A stretch of DNA of 24,000 bases from Modicisalibacter ilicicola DSM 19980 (GTDB taxonomy: Bacteria > Pseudomonadota > Gammaproteobacteria > Pseudomonadales > Halomonadaceae): assembly GCF_900128925.1 (NCBI RefSeq), contig NZ_FQUJ01000011.1, positions 1-24,000 on the forward strand, read 5' to 3'. Numbering within the stretch: position 1 is the stretch's first letter; the number at the start of each line of letters is the position of its first letter. The notes beneath the pieces are model-generated. The model saw only the letters and a list, made by a program, of their open reading frames with translations, did not search any database and was not told where the DNA came from. A program made the position numbers and the translations under genes. Of this stretch, positions 22,764 to 24,000 are shown piece after piece.

Positions 22764-22786
22764 GCAGCGCTGAATCAGCGATTGAC

Positions 22787-24000
22787 TCAATAGCGGTATT
22801 CGTCGGGCTTGAACGGCCCTTCCACCGCCATGCCGGTATACCTGGCCTGCTCCTCGGTCAAGCGGGTGATCACCCCGCCGAAGCCTTCGACCATGTAGCG
22901 CGCCACCTCCTCGTCGAGGTGCTTGGGCAACACGGTCACGGAGAGCCCGCCGGCCTTGTCGCCGTCGGCAAGATCCGCGAAGCGCCGCTCGTAGAGATGG
23001 ATCTGCGCCAGCACCTGATTGGCGAAGGAGCCGTCCATGATCCGGGACGGATGCCCCGTGGCATTGCCCAGATTTACCAGACGCCCCTCGGAGAGCAGGA
23101 TCAGGTAGTCGTCGCTGGCCGGGTCGAAGTCGCCGGGATCGCTGTCGCGGTAGATCTTGTGGACCTGGGGCTTGACCTCCTCCCAGTGCCACTGGCGGCG
23201 CATGTAGGCGGTATCGATCTCGCTGTCGAAGTGGCCGATGTTGCACACCACCGCGCCCTTCTTGAGCGCCCTGAGCATGGGGGCGTCGCAGGCATTGACG
23301 TTGCCGGTGCAGGTCACGACCAGGTCGATCCTGCCCAGCAGGTCGTGGTCGATGCTGTCGACGCCCTGGTTGCTGCCGCCGAGGTAAGGCGAGACCACTT
23401 CGAAACCGTCCATGCAGGCCTGCATGGCACAGATCGGGTCGATTTCGGTGACCTTGACGATCATGCCTTCCTGGCGCAAGGACGCCGCAGAGCCCTTGCC
23501 CACGTCGCCATAGCCGACCACCAGGGCCTGCTTGCCGGCGAGCAGGTGGTCGAGACCGCGCTTGATGGCATCGTTCAAGCTGTGACGGCAGCCGTACTTG
23601 TTGTCGTTCTTGGACTTGGTGACCGCGTCGTTGACATTGATCGCCGGCACCCTGAGTGTGCTGTCGCGCAGCATCTCCTGCAGGCGGTGGACGCCGGTGG
23701 TGGTCTCCTCGGAGATGCCATGGATGTTCTCCAGAAGCTCCGGGCGCTTGTCATGCAACAGTGCAGTCAGGTCGCCACCGTCGTCGAGCACCATGTTGGG
23801 TGTCCAGCCGTCGGGGCCCTCGACGGTCTGCTCGATGCACCACCAGAACTCCTCCTCGGTCTCGCCCTTCCAGGCGAATACCGGAATGTCGGCAGCGGCG
23901 ATCGCCGCGGCGGCCTGATCCTGGGTCGAGAAGATATTGCAGGAGGACCAGCGTACCGAGGCCCCCAGCTCGATCAAGGTCTCGATCAATACCGCGGTCT
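22787..24000 (-). CDS. ahcY: S-adenosyl-L-homocysteine hydrolase (adenosylhomocysteinase), 5' end outside the window
   Basis: '[34 protein letters not shown]', NAD site '[12 protein letters not shown]', C-terminal '...FKPDEYRY'. The reading frame stays open to position 24000. The 'M' at 23989 in the track is an internal TTG (Leu). Confidence 0.95.
   Translation of the reverse strand, partial: TAVLIETLIELGASVRWSSCNIFSTQDQAAAAIAAADIPVFAWKGETEEEFWWCIEQTVEGPDGWTPNMVLDDGGDLTALLHDKRPELLENIHGISEETTTGVHRLQEMLRDSTLRVPAINVNDAVTKSKNDNKYGCRHSLNDAIKRGLDHLLAGKQALVVGYGDVGKGSAASLRQEGMIVKVTEIDPICAMQACMDGFEVVSPYLGGSNQGVDSIDHDLLGRIDLVVTCTGNVNACDAPMLRALKKGAVVCNIGHFDSEIDTAYMRRQWHWEEVKPQVHKIYRDSDPGDFDPASDDYLILLSEGRLVNLGNATGHPSRIMDGSFANQVLAQIHLYERRFADLADGDKAGGLSVTVLPKHLDEEVARYMVEGFGGVITRLTEEQARYTGMAVEGPFKPDEYRY

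Noticed and set aside
22768-22780. The palindrome CGCTGAaTCAGCG between ahcY and the CPA1 antiporter contains one ATTCAGC half-site of the copper box.
   Set aside because: It is a single half-site in a palindromic context, not the direct-repeat arrangement. The downstream gene has no copper link. It is probably coincidental or part of the terminator region.

Overview
This is a 24-kb high-GC proteobacterial segment. Spot counts give about 68% G+C in the ATPase gene and 37-47% in some intergenic or accessory stretches. The gene content resembles marine or halophilic Gammaproteobacteria, but I cannot verify the taxon. I call 21 intact CDS, 19 of them on the minus strand, plus one gene relic.

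The flanks look like housekeeping genes. On the left is an nhaA -> DUF3141 pair. On the right are a CPA1 Na+/H+ antiporter and a 5'-truncated ahcY. Between about 3.0 kb and 21.3 kb lies a mosaic copper-homeostasis island with these parts:

- A tightly coupled operon: SHOCT protein -> Cu(I) P1B-type ATPase -> DUF2933 -> ICMT-family methyltransferase -> ABC1/UbiB-type kinase fused to an ATC-hydrolase-like domain. A relic of a second ICMT gene follows it.
- A plus-strand pair: a lipoprotein c-type cytochrome and a secreted protein whose mature part is about half Met plus Gln.
- A long minus-strand array: PLD-family lipoprotein, copA2-copB2 (the multicopper oxidase carries a 6 x 24-bp Met-rich tandem repeat), a CopI-like cupredoxin, an OmpR-family response regulator, a histidine kinase, a 135-bp MITE-like insertion with a target-site duplication at the kinase stop codon, a CusF-like protein, copA1-copB1 (no Met-rich repeat), and a TVP38/DedA-family membrane protein.

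No copC, copD, cusCBA, MerR/CueR-type regulator, integrase, tRNA, rRNA or CRISPR array is visible.

The observations most worth following up:

- A 17-bp direct-repeat motif, (A/T)TTCAG-N5-(A/T)TTCAG, sits upstream of three copper transcription units. It may be the operator of the island-encoded response regulator.
- The Met/Gln-rich periplasmic protein has no family I recognise.
- The ATPase-DUF2933-ICMT-kinase chain, together with the PLD and TVP38 genes, suggests envelope-lipid or quinone remodelling coupled to copper efflux.
- The cupredoxin is fused into the two-component operon, and the kinase sensor domain has no Met or Cys.
- The MITE separates the kinase from cusF.

All family assignments come from motif recognition by eye. 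No database search was run.
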